DNA of 64,000 bases from Paracoccaceae bacterium. GTDB taxonomy: Bacteria > Pseudomonadota > Alphaproteobacteria > Rhodobacterales > Rhodobacteraceae. Both the position numbers and the translations under genes were made by a program. Position 1 is the first letter of the stretch. Each line of letters opens with the position of its first letter. The DNA is taken from the NCBI GenBank assembly GCA_018222585.1, contig JAAFAB010000003.1, positions 249,781 to 313,780 on the forward strand, in the 5' to 3' direction. Below, piece by piece: positions 50,228-58,491 of this stretch. The notes beneath the pieces are model-generated. The model worked only from the letters and a program-made list of their open reading frames with translations, was not told the origin of the DNA and searched no databases.

Positions 50228-50266
50228 TTTGTGCGCTATCCGTACAAATGTAGTATATCGCACAAA
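50228..50266. promoter_or_regulatory. PcaR/PobR-type operator
   Basis: TTTGTGCGCTATCCGTACAAA dyad followed by ATCGCACAAA, resembling the PcaR box TTTGTTCGATAATCGCACAAA; lies between divergent pcaR and pcaI. Confidence 0.7.
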
Positions 50267-50324
50267 TCCGTGGACGTCGACCCGGGGCCGGACGTAAGAC
50301 TCCGGCCAGCAAAGGAGGATGCTC

Positions 50325-51038
50325 ATGGACAAGAGACTCCCCGGCCTGGCCGAGGCCGTTTCCGGGATCAAGGACGGCGCCACGGTGATGATCGGCGGCT
50401 TCGGCGGCTCGGGCAATCCGATCGAGCTGGTGCACGCGCTGATCGACGCCGGCCCGAAGGACCTGACGGTGATCAACAACAACGCGGGCAACGGCAAGAT
50501 CGGCATCGCCGCGATGATCGAAGCCGGGATGGTGCGGAAGATGGTCTGTTCCTTCCCCAAGTCCTCGGACGCCCAGGCCTTCAACACCCGTTACCTGGCG
50601 GGCGAGATAGAGTTGGAGCTGGTCCCTCAGGGCACCCTGGCCGAGCGGATCCGCGCCGCCGGGGCAGGCATCCCCGCCTTCTACACCCCGGCCGGCTATG
50701 GCACCGAGCTGGCTGCCGGCAAGCCCGTCGCCGAGTTCGAGGGCAAGCACTACGTTCAGGAGCGTTGGCTGAAGGCCGATTTCGCCCTGGTGAAGGCAGA
50801 GCTGGCCGATACCCACGGCAACCTGACCTATCGCATGGCGGGGCGGAACTTCTCTCCGCTGATGGCCATGGCGGCGACGACCACCATCGTGCAGGCCACC
50901 AGGGTGCTGGAGCCCGGCGGCATCGACCCCGAGCAGGTCCACACCCCCGGCATCTTCGTCAATCACGTGATCGAGGTGACGGATCCGCAGCAGGAAGAGG
51001 CCCTCATCCGCGCAGGAGCACACTATGAGCGAGCTTAA
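50325..51038 (+). CDS. pcaI: 3-oxoadipate CoA-transferase alpha subunit
   Basis: IGGFGGSG, NNNAG, PQGTLAERIRAAGAGIPAFYT, RNF, VHTPGIFV. Confidence 0.92.
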   Translation: MDKRLPGLAEAVSGIKDGATVMIGGFGGSGNPIELVHALIDAGPKDLTVINNNAGNGKIGIAAMIEAGMVRKMVCSFPKSSDAQAFNTRYLAGEIELELVPQGTLAERIRAAGAGIPAFYTPAGYGTELAAGKPVAEFEGKHYVQERWLKADFALVKAELADTHGNLTYRMAGRNFSPLMAMAATTTIVQATRVLEPGGIDPEQVHTPGIFVNHVIEVTDPQQEEALIRAGAHYERA

Positions 51039-51699
51039 GCTGACCAACGCCCAGATCGCCTGGCGCGCGGCGCAGGACATCGAGGACGGCGCCTATGTGA
51101 ACCTCGGCATCGGCTTCCCCGAGATGGTGGCCCAATACACCGTCGAGGGCCGCACCCCGGTCTTCCATACCGAGAACGGCATCCTGAACTTCGGCCCGGC
51201 ACCGGCGCCCGGCGAAGAGGACTGGGACCTGATCAACGCCGGCAAGAAGGCCGTGACGCTGAAGCCCGGCGCCTCGTTCTTCCACCAGGCCGACAGCTTC
51301 GGCATCGTGCGCGGCGGCCATCTGGACGTGGCCATCCTGGGCGCGCTGCAGGTGGCGCAGAACGGTGACCTGGCCAACTGGCGGGTCGGCAACAAGGGCG
51401 TGCCCGCCGTCGGCGGTGCCATGGACCTGGTGCATGGCGCCAAGCGCGTGGCCGTGCTGACCGACCATGTCGCCAAGAACGGCGCGCCGAAGCTGGTCGA
51501 GGAATGCTCCTTCCCGCTGACCGGCGTGGCCTGCGTGACCCGCGTCTATACCTCGCTGGCGGTGATCGACATCGAGGGCGGCAAGTTCGTGCTGCGCGAG
51601 AAGCTGGCGGAGATGTCGATGGACGAGCTGCAATCGCTGACCGGCGCGCCGCTGCATGTCGAGGGCGATGTGGGCGAGCTGTCGGTGCCCGAGCTTTGA
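51025..51699 (+). CDS. pcaJ: 3-oxoadipate CoA-transferase beta subunit
   Basis: YVNLGIGFP, HTENG catalytic Glu, GGAMDLV. Confidence 0.92.
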   Translation: MSELKLTNAQIAWRAAQDIEDGAYVNLGIGFPEMVAQYTVEGRTPVFHTENGILNFGPAPAPGEEDWDLINAGKKAVTLKPGASFFHQADSFGIVRGGHLDVAILGALQVAQNGDLANWRVGNKGVPAVGGAMDLVHGAKRVAVLTDHVAKNGAPKLVEECSFPLTGVACVTRVYTSLAVIDIEGGKFVLREKLAEMSMDELQSLTGAPLHVEGDVGELSVPEL

Positions 51700-51734
51700 T
51701 CCGGCGCCCCGGGAGCCTTCACGCGCCCGGGGAT

Positions 51735-51756
51735 GGTGGATCGGCATCCACCCAAC
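51735..51756. repeat. Degenerate single GTAG-type REP
   Basis: Reverse complement GTTGGGTGGATGCCGATCCACC parallels GTAGGGTGGGTGACGACCCACC at 6174. Confidence 0.5.
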
Positions 51757-51858
51757 CAAATCTCGACGGGCGGCGCCTTCATACGGAGGGCGGCGCCCGG
51801 CCTGCCGCTGGGCGGAACACATCGTCAGGGCCGTGCCCCTGGACCCGAGGAGGATCTC

Positions 51859-53055
51859 ATGACCGACGTCTATATCTGCGACTACATCCGCACCCCGATC
51901 GGCCGCTTCGGTGGCACCCTCTCCGGCGTGCGCGCCGACGACCTCGGCGCCATCCCCCTGAAGGCGCTGATGGTGCGCAATGCCTCCGTCGACTGGGAGG
52001 CCGTGGATGACGTGATCTTCGGCTGTGCCAACCAGGCCGGCGAAGACAACCGCAACGTGGCGCGCATGTCGGCGCTGCTGGCTGGCCTGCCGGTCAGCGT
52101 GCCGGGCACCACGATGAACCGCCTCTGCGGCTCGGGCATGGATGCGGTGATCACCGCCGCCCGCGCCATCAAGGCCGGCGAGGCAGAGCTGATGATCGCC
52201 GGCGGCGTCGAAAGCATGTCCCGCGCGCCCTTCGTCATGCCCAAGGCGGAAAGCGCCTTCTCGCGCTCCAACGCCGTCTACGACACCACCATCGGCTGGC
52301 GCTTCGTCAACCCGCTGATGAAGAAGCAATACGGCGTCGAGTCGATGCCCGAGACCGGCGAGAACGTCGCCGAGGATTTCAACATCTCGCGCGAGGATCA
52401 GGACAAGTTCGCCCTGAACAGCCAGGAAAAGGCCGCCGCGGCCATCGCCTCGGGCCGCCTGGCGCAGGAGATCACCCCGGTGACCATCAAGCGCCGCAAG
52501 CAGGACGACCTGGTCTTCGACACCGACGAGCATCCCCGCGCCTCGACGCTGGAGAAGCTGGCCAAGCTGCCGACCCCCTTCCGCGAGGGCGGCACGGTGA
52601 CGGCGGGCAATGCCTCGGGTGTCAACGATGGCGCGGCGGCGCTGATCGTGGCCTCGGCAGAGGCGGCGAAGAAATACGGGCTGACCCCGATCGCCCGCGT
52701 GCTGGGCGGGGCCACCGCCGGTGTCGCGCCGCGCATCATGGGCTTCGGCCCGGCGCCAGCCTCGAAGAAACTGATGGCCCGGCTGGGCCTGAGCCAGGAA
52801 GACTTCTCGGTCATCGAACTGAACGAAGCCTTCGCCAGCCAGGGCCTTGCCACCCTGCGCGATCTCGGCATCGCGGACGACGATCCGCGCGTGAACCCCA
52901 ATGGCGGCGCCATCGCCCTGGGGCACCCGCTGGGCATGTCCGGCGCCCGCATCACTGGCACCGCCGCGCTGCAGCTGAAATCGGGCGAGAAATCGCTCTC
53001 GACCATGTGCATCGGTGTCGGCCAAGGCATCGCCGTGGCGCTGGAAGCGGTCTGA
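51859..53055 (+). CDS. pcaF: 3-oxoadipyl-CoA thiolase
   Basis: ANQAGEDNRNVARM, NRLCGSG, NEAFA, GHPLG, CIGVGQG; next to pcaIJ. Confidence 0.93.
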   Translation: MTDVYICDYIRTPIGRFGGTLSGVRADDLGAIPLKALMVRNASVDWEAVDDVIFGCANQAGEDNRNVARMSALLAGLPVSVPGTTMNRLCGSGMDAVITAARAIKAGEAELMIAGGVESMSRAPFVMPKAESAFSRSNAVYDTTIGWRFVNPLMKKQYGVESMPETGENVAEDFNISREDQDKFALNSQEKAAAAIASGRLAQEITPVTIKRRKQDDLVFDTDEHPRASTLEKLAKLPTPFREGGTVTAGNASGVNDGAAALIVASAEAAKKYGLTPIARVLGGATAGVAPRIMGFGPAPASKKLMARLGLSQEDFSVIELNEAFASQGLATLRDLGIADDDPRVNPNGGAIALGHPLGMSGARITGTAALQLKSGEKSLSTMCIGVGQGIAVALEAV

Positions 53056-53079
53056 GCCTGGCTCTCATATCAAGAAGAC

Positions 53080-53104
53080 AGGGCGCTTCCGGGCGCCCTT
53101 TTTC
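53080..53104 (+). terminator. Intrinsic terminator after pcaF
   Basis: AGGGCGC-TTCCGG-GCGCCCT followed by a T run. Confidence 0.75.
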
Positions 53105-53121
53105 CTGACGACAGGCCGGGA

Positions 53122-53351
53122 AGGGGGCTCTGCCCCCGCCTCCGTGCCGGAGACTCCCCCGGAGGTATTTTCAGCCTGGTGATGATCAAGCGGGGCAGTG
53201 ACAGGGAGGCGGCCTCCTTCTCAACCGGGAGCGTGCCACGCTCCCAATGGGAAAGTAGGCCAGGCAATTGGCAACGACCCGCATCATCACCAGGCTGAAA
53301 ATACCTCCGGGGGTGAGGGCGCCGCAGGCGACCGAGGGGGCAGAGCCCCCT
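53122..53351. repeat. Composite palindromic element copy B (230 bp)
   Basis: Same terminal repeats, perfect 31-bp inner inverted arms (53156-53186, 53283-53313), 96-bp core differing from copy A at 6 positions; same orientation as copy A. Confidence 0.9.
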
Positions 53352-53452
53352 TCCGCCGAGGTCGCAGAGGGCGCGGTTTTCGCCGCATCGGGGCTTCCGC
53401 CAGAGCCTGTGCTATGGTTAGTCAGAGGAAAGTCACCAACGAGGACAGCCCC

Positions 53453-54562
53453 ATGAAAACCCGTGCCGCCGTCGCCTTCGAGGCGAAGAAACCTCTGGAA
53501 ATCGTCGAGCTGGACCTGGAGGGCCCGAAGGAGGGCGAGGTGCTGGTCGAGATCATGGCCACCGGCATCTGCCACACCGACGCCTACACCCTGGACGGAT
53601 TCGACAGCGAAGGAATCTTTCCTTCGATCCTCGGCCACGAGGGCGCCGGGATCGTCCGGGCCGTCGGCGCCGGGGTGACCAGCGTGAAGCCCGATGATCA
53701 TGTCATCCCGCTCTACACGCCCGAATGCCGCCAGTGCAAATCCTGCCTCTCGGGCAAGACCAACCTCTGCACCGCAATCCGCGCCACGCAGGGCAAGGGC
53801 GTGATGCCCGACGGCACCAGCCGGTTCTCCTACAAGGGGGAAACCATCTATCACTACATGGGCTGCTCGACCTTCTCGAACTTCACCGTCCTGCCCGAGA
53901 TCGCCGTGGCGAAGATCCGCGAGGATGCGCCCTTCAACACCTCCTGCTACATCGGCTGCGGTGTCTCGACCGGCGTCGGCGCGGTGACCAATACCGCCAA
54001 GGTGACCCCCGGTTCGAACGTGATCATCTTCGGCCTCGGTGGCATCGGCCTGAACGTGATCCAGGCCGCGCGCATGGTCGGCGCGGACAAGATCATCGGC
54101 GTCGACATCAATGACGGCAAGGAAGAGTGGGGCCGCAAGTTCGGCATGACCCATTTCGTAAACCCGAAGAAGGTCGACGGCGACATCGTCGCCCACCTGG
54201 TCGAGCTGACCGACGGCGGCGCCGACTACACCTTCGACTGCACCGGCAATACCGACGTGATGCGCACCGCGCTGGAAGCCTGCCACCGGGGCTGGGGCGT
54301 CTCGACCGTGATCGGCGTCGCCGAGGCCGGCAAGGAGATCTCGACCCGTCCGTTCCAGCTGGTCACCGGCCGGGTCTGGCAGGGCTCGGCCTTCGGCGGC
54401 ATCAAGGGCCGCACCGAGGTGCCGAAGATCGTCGACTGGTACATGAACGGCAAGATCGAGATCGACCCGATGATCACCCACGTGCTGTCGCTGGAGGAAA
54501 TCAACAAGGGCTTCGACCTGATGCACGCCGGCGAGTCGATCCGCTCGGTGGTCGTCTACTGA
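53453..54562 (+). CDS. frmA: S-(hydroxymethyl)glutathione dehydrogenase (class III ADH)
   Basis: GICHTD, GHEGAG, structural Zn CRQCKSC...[20 protein letters not shown]. Confidence 0.97.
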   Translation: MKTRAAVAFEAKKPLEIVELDLEGPKEGEVLVEIMATGICHTDAYTLDGFDSEGIFPSILGHEGAGIVRAVGAGVTSVKPDDHVIPLYTPECRQCKSCLSGKTNLCTAIRATQGKGVMPDGTSRFSYKGETIYHYMGCSTFSNFTVLPEIAVAKIREDAPFNTSCYIGCGVSTGVGAVTNTAKVTPGSNVIIFGLGGIGLNVIQAARMVGADKIIGVDINDGKEEWGRKFGMTHFVNPKKVDGDIVAHLVELTDGGADYTFDCTGNTDVMRTALEACHRGWGVSTVIGVAEAGKEISTRPFQLVTGRVWQGSAFGGIKGRTEVPKIVDWYMNGKIEIDPMITHVLSLEEINKGFDLMHAGESIRSVVVY

Positions 54563-55404
54563 TGGAGACCCTCAGCACCAACCGCGCCCATGGCGGCACG
54601 CAGGGTGTCTACAGGCATGTCTCGACGGAGACGGGGACCGGGATGACATTCTCGGTCTTCGTGCCCGACCATGCGGAGGGGCAGGCCCTTCCCGTGGTCT
54701 GGTATCTGTCGGGCCTGACCTGTACCCATGCCAATGTCACCGAGAAGGGCGAATTCCGCGCCCATTGCGCGAAACATGGCCTGATCTTCGTCGCGCCGGA
54801 TACCTCTCCGCGCGGCGAGGGCGTGGCGGACGACCCGGAGGGCGCCTATGACTTCGGGCTCGGCGCCGGGTTCTACGTGGATGCCACCGAGGCGCCCTTT
54901 GCCGCCAACTACCGGATGCGCGCTTATATCGAGGAAGAGCTGCCGGCGCTGATCGCGGCCGAGTTCCCCGCCGACATGTCGCGCCAGGGCATCATGGGGC
55001 ATTCCATGGGCGGTCATGGCGCGCTGACCATCGGGCTGCGCAATGCCGGGCGCTTCAGGGCGGTCAGCGCCTTCGCACCCATCGTCAGCCCGCTGAACTG
55101 CCCCTGGGGCGAGAAGGCGCTGACCGGCTACATCGGCGCCGACCGCGCCGCCTGGCGCGCTTACGACGCCTGCGCGCTGATCGAGGATGGCGCACGGGTG
55201 CCCGACCTGCTGGTCGACCAGGGTGATGCGGATGGTTTCGTGGAGAACCAGCTGAAGCCCGAACTGCTGGTGCAGACCTGCGAGGCCGCCGGCCAGCCGC
55301 TGACCCTGCGGATGCAGGAGGGCTACGATCATTCCTACTACTTCATCTCGACCTTCATGGGCGATCACCTGGACTGGCACGCAGCGCGGCTGAAGGCCGG
55401 CTGA
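54562..55404 (+). CDS. fghA: S-formylglutathione hydrolase
   Basis: LSGLTC, APDTSPRG, GHSMGGHG, YDHSYYF; TGATG coupling. Confidence 0.97.
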   Translation: METLSTNRAHGGTQGVYRHVSTETGTGMTFSVFVPDHAEGQALPVVWYLSGLTCTHANVTEKGEFRAHCAKHGLIFVAPDTSPRGEGVADDPEGAYDFGLGAGFYVDATEAPFAANYRMRAYIEEELPALIAAEFPADMSRQGIMGHSMGGHGALTIGLRNAGRFRAVSAFAPIVSPLNCPWGEKALTGYIGADRAAWRAYDACALIEDGARVPDLLVDQGDADGFVENQLKPELLVQTCEAAGQPLTLRMQEGYDHSYYFISTFMGDHLDWHAARLKAG

Positions 55405-55410
55405 CCCAGC

Positions 55411-56064
55411 CTAGCGCGGGCGGGCGATCTCCTGCAGCCCGGCCGCGCAGAAGGGCAGCAGCCTGTGGTAGACCGCCAGCAGGTCGTCGTTGGCCGTGGG
55501 ATCCTCCAGCAGGATCGGCGCGCGGCCTTCCTGGGCCAGGGCGCGCAGCATCAGCAGGATGACGAAGCCCAGACCATGTGCGACATCCTCGGGCGCGGCG
55601 CCGGGCAGGGCATCCTGCAGGGCGGTGAAGAAAACCCGCGCCGTCGGGTCGAAAAGCTCGGCCGAGAGATCGTTGAACCGCTCTTCATTGCCCATGAAGC
55701 CGAGGATGCGCAGGTAGCTGTGCCAGCCCGGGTCCCCCGTCAGCACCTTGTCCAGCAGCGGGCGCATGAAGGCGTCCAGCACCTCGCTCACCTCGGGGGC
55801 GCGGTCGGGGGGCAGGGCCTCCAGCAGCTCCAGCCGGCGGGCGCGCAGCACCGTGGCCCGGCGGGCCACCACCGCGGCGTAGAGGTTCTCCTTGGAGTTG
55901 AAGTAGTATTTCACCAGGGCGAGGTTCACATCGGCCTCGCTGGTGATCCGGCGCAGGGAAATCCCGTCGTAGGGCGCAGCAGCAAAGGCCACCTCGGCGG
56001 AATCGAGGATTCGCGCCTGAGTTGCACGGCCGTCGGCGCGGCGTGCCTTGCGGATGGACTGCAT
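55411..56064 (-). CDS. TetR/AcrR family regulator
   Basis: RILDSAEVAFA...SLRRIT..ADVNLALVKYYFNSKENL HTH; start uncertain (56064-56124). Confidence 0.9.
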   Translation of the reverse strand: MQSIRKARRADGRATQARILDSAEVAFAAAPYDGISLRRITSEADVNLALVKYYFNSKENLYAAVVARRATVLRARRLELLEALPPDRAPEVSEVLDAFMRPLLDKVLTGDPGWHSYLRILGFMGNEERFNDLSAELFDPTARVFFTALQDALPGAAPEDVAHGLGFVILLMLRALAQEGRAPILLEDPTANDDLLAVYHRLLPFCAAGLQEIARPR

Positions 56065-56164
56065 CGGTCCCATGCCGGCCATCTTGAGGCCCATGGTGAC
56101 GCTTGTCACCCGTGTTTCCACCACCCCCGACGAAAGCCCTAGGGCGTGCGCGGCAATCCGCAGA

Positions 56165-56713
56165 TCAGCGCGGCGAGCGCTTGGCCAGGATCCTCTGCAG
56201 GGTACGCCGGTGCATGTTCAGCCGCCGGGCCGTTTCGCTGACATTGCGGTCGCACAGCTCGTAGACGCGCTGGATATGTTCCCAGCGGACGCGATCGGCG
56301 CTCATCGGGTTCTCGGGCGGCGGGGGCAGGGTGTCGTCATGGGCCAGCAGGGCGTTGACGATATCCGTCGCATCGGCGGGCTTGGCCAGGTAGTCGGTGG
56401 CGCCGACCTTCACCGCTGCCACGGCGGTGGCGATGGCGCCGTAGCCGGTCAGCACCACGATACGGCAGTCGGGGCGCTTCTCGCGCAGGACCTCGACCAC
56501 GTCGAGGCCGTTGCCGTCCTCCAGCCGCAGGTCGCAAACCGCGTAGGCCGGGGGCCGGGCGGTGGCGATGGCGGTGCCCTCGGCGACGCTCTCGGCGGTC
56601 TCGACCTCGAAGCCGCGTTTCTCCATGGCCTTGGCGAGGCGCTTCAGGAAGGGCTCGTCATCGTCGAGCAGCAGCAGCGTCCGGTCCGGGCCGATCTCGC
56701 GCAGTTCCGTCAT
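56165..56713 (-). CDS. regA: Redox response regulator RegA/PrrA
   Basis: C-term MSADRVRWEHIQRVYELCDRNVSETARRLNMHRRTLQRILAKRSPR; ATG 56713. Confidence 0.97.
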   Translation of the reverse strand: MTELREIGPDRTLLLLDDDEPFLKRLAKAMEKRGFEVETAESVAEGTAIATARPPAYAVCDLRLEDGNGLDVVEVLREKRPDCRIVVLTGYGAIATAVAAVKVGATDYLAKPADATDIVNALLAHDDTLPPPPENPMSADRVRWEHIQRVYELCDRNVSETARRLNMHRRTLQRILAKRSPR

Positions 56714-56833
56714 CCTGCATCTCCCAAAGTTGCAACCAGGAGGCACCATTCGCGGGCCTCAGCAAGTATTAGTGCGCCCCCCCCGGGTCGTCAAACCGGG
56801 CGGAACACTATGCCGCAAGGGCCGGGCAGGGGG

Positions 56834-56848
56834 GCGGCACCGGGCCGC
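56834..56848. promoter_or_regulatory. Possible RegA box
   Basis: GCGGC-N5-GCCGC dyad in the regA-regB gap; such motifs arise easily by chance at this GC content. Confidence 0.3.
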
Positions 56849-56921
56849 AGCCGGGCCGGTCGCGATTGCCATGGCCCCGGGCGGCCCATATCACTCGGGT
56901 ACCGCAGCCGGGAGAGCCGCC

Positions 56922-58334
56922 ATGGTGCACCAGGACCCAATCGATCCCCAGAGAGACTTTCCGGTCAACCAGGGCCAGTACCGGGGCAACTGGATCCGCC
57001 TGCGCACGCTGATCCTGCTGCGCTGGTTCGCCATCATCGGCCAGCTTTCGGCGCTGGTGGTGGCGGCGCAGGTCTACGGGCTGCAACTGTCCTACGCCCC
57101 CTGCCTCTTCGTCGTCGGCCTGTCGGTGATCGCCAACCTGATCGCCAGCTTCCTGTTCCCCGAGACCAAGCGCCTGAACGAGGTCGAGAACCTCGCCATG
57201 GTGCTCTTCGACCTGCTGCAGCTGGGGGCCCTGCTGTACCTGACCGGCGGGCTGCACAATCCCTTCTCGATCCTGATCGTCGGGCCGGCCACCGTCTCGG
57301 CGCTGGCGCTGTCGTCACGGATGACGCTGTTCGTCGGCTCCACCGCCATCGTGCTGGTCACGCTGCTGGCCGAATTCCACCTGCCGCTGCGCACCGCCGA
57401 GGGGCAGCTGCTGGAGGTGGCGCAGGTCTTCCTGTTCGGCAACTGGCTGGCCATCGTCATCGCGGTGATCTTCCTCGGCATCTACTCGCGCTGGATCGTC
57501 AACGAGATGCACTCGATGTCGGACGCGTTGCAGGCGACCCAGATGGCCCTGGCGCGCGAGCAGCGGCTGTCGGACCTGGGCGGCGTGGTCGCCGCCGCCG
57601 CGCATGAGCTGGGCACGCCGCTGGCCACCATCAAGCTGACCTCCTCCGAGCTGGTGGACGAGCTGGAGGACCGCCCCGAGCTGGCCGAGGACGCGCGGCT
57701 GATCCGCGAGCAGGCGGACCGCTGTCGTGACATCCTGCGCTCGATGGGGCGGGCGGGGAAGGACGACCTGCATCTGCACCAGGCCCCCCTGTCGGCAGTG
57801 CTGGAAGAAGCCGCCGAGCCGCATGGCCAGCGCGGCGTGGCGCTGCAGTTCCAGCATGGCGACGGCAGCAGCCCGCCGCCTTCGATCCTGCGCCGCCCCG
57901 AGCTGATCCACGGGCTGCGCAACCTGGTGCAGAACGCCGTCGACTTCGCCCGCAGCGAGGTGCGGGTGGAAAGCCGCTGGGACGACGATCGGATCATCGT
58001 GCGGATCATGGACGACGGGCGCGGGTTCAGCGCCGCCGACCTGGGCCGCATCGGCGATCCCTTCATGCACCGGCGCTGGTCCTTCTCGGAGGGCAGCGAG
58101 CGGCCGGGCTACGAGGGCATGGGGCTGGGCCTGTTCATCGCCAAGACCCTCCTGGAGCGCAGCGGCGCAGAACTGATCTTCGCCAACGGCAATGATTTCG
58201 ACGGTGCCGAGGGCTGGTCAGGCCATCCCGGTGTCACCGGCGCCATCGTCGAAGTGACCTGGCCGCGCAGCGTGATCGACGCCCGCACCGGCCGCCACGC
58301 CATCGCGCCGGGACGGAACCAGCCGTTCAACTAG
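56922..58334 (+). CDS. regB: Redox sensor kinase RegB/PrrB
   Basis: GGLHNPF quinone-binding motif, AAAHELGTPL H-box, redox Cys in DRCRDIL, GMGLGL. Confidence 0.96.
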   Translation: MVHQDPIDPQRDFPVNQGQYRGNWIRLRTLILLRWFAIIGQLSALVVAAQVYGLQLSYAPCLFVVGLSVIANLIASFLFPETKRLNEVENLAMVLFDLLQLGALLYLTGGLHNPFSILIVGPATVSALALSSRMTLFVGSTAIVLVTLLAEFHLPLRTAEGQLLEVAQVFLFGNWLAIVIAVIFLGIYSRWIVNEMHSMSDALQATQMALAREQRLSDLGGVVAAAAHELGTPLATIKLTSSELVDELEDRPELAEDARLIREQADRCRDILRSMGRAGKDDLHLHQAPLSAVLEEAAEPHGQRGVALQFQHGDGSSPPPSILRRPELIHGLRNLVQNAVDFARSEVRVESRWDDDRIIVRIMDDGRGFSAADLGRIGDPFMHRRWSFSEGSERPGYEGMGLGLFIAKTLLERSGAELIFANGNDFDGAEGWSGHPGVTGAIVEVTWPRSVIDARTGRHAIAPGRNQPFN

Positions 58335-58491
58335 CCAGCCCTGCGCCAGGGCGGTCGCTCGTTCGGCAGGGCGTCCGTTCGGCACGACCAGGGCGGAAAA
58401 CTGATCCGCAGGCATACGATTTAAGAGTTTTTTTACCGTCGATTCACCATCCTCCGAGGACCCCGGCACGGGTTCGTGAAGGAGAGTACAA

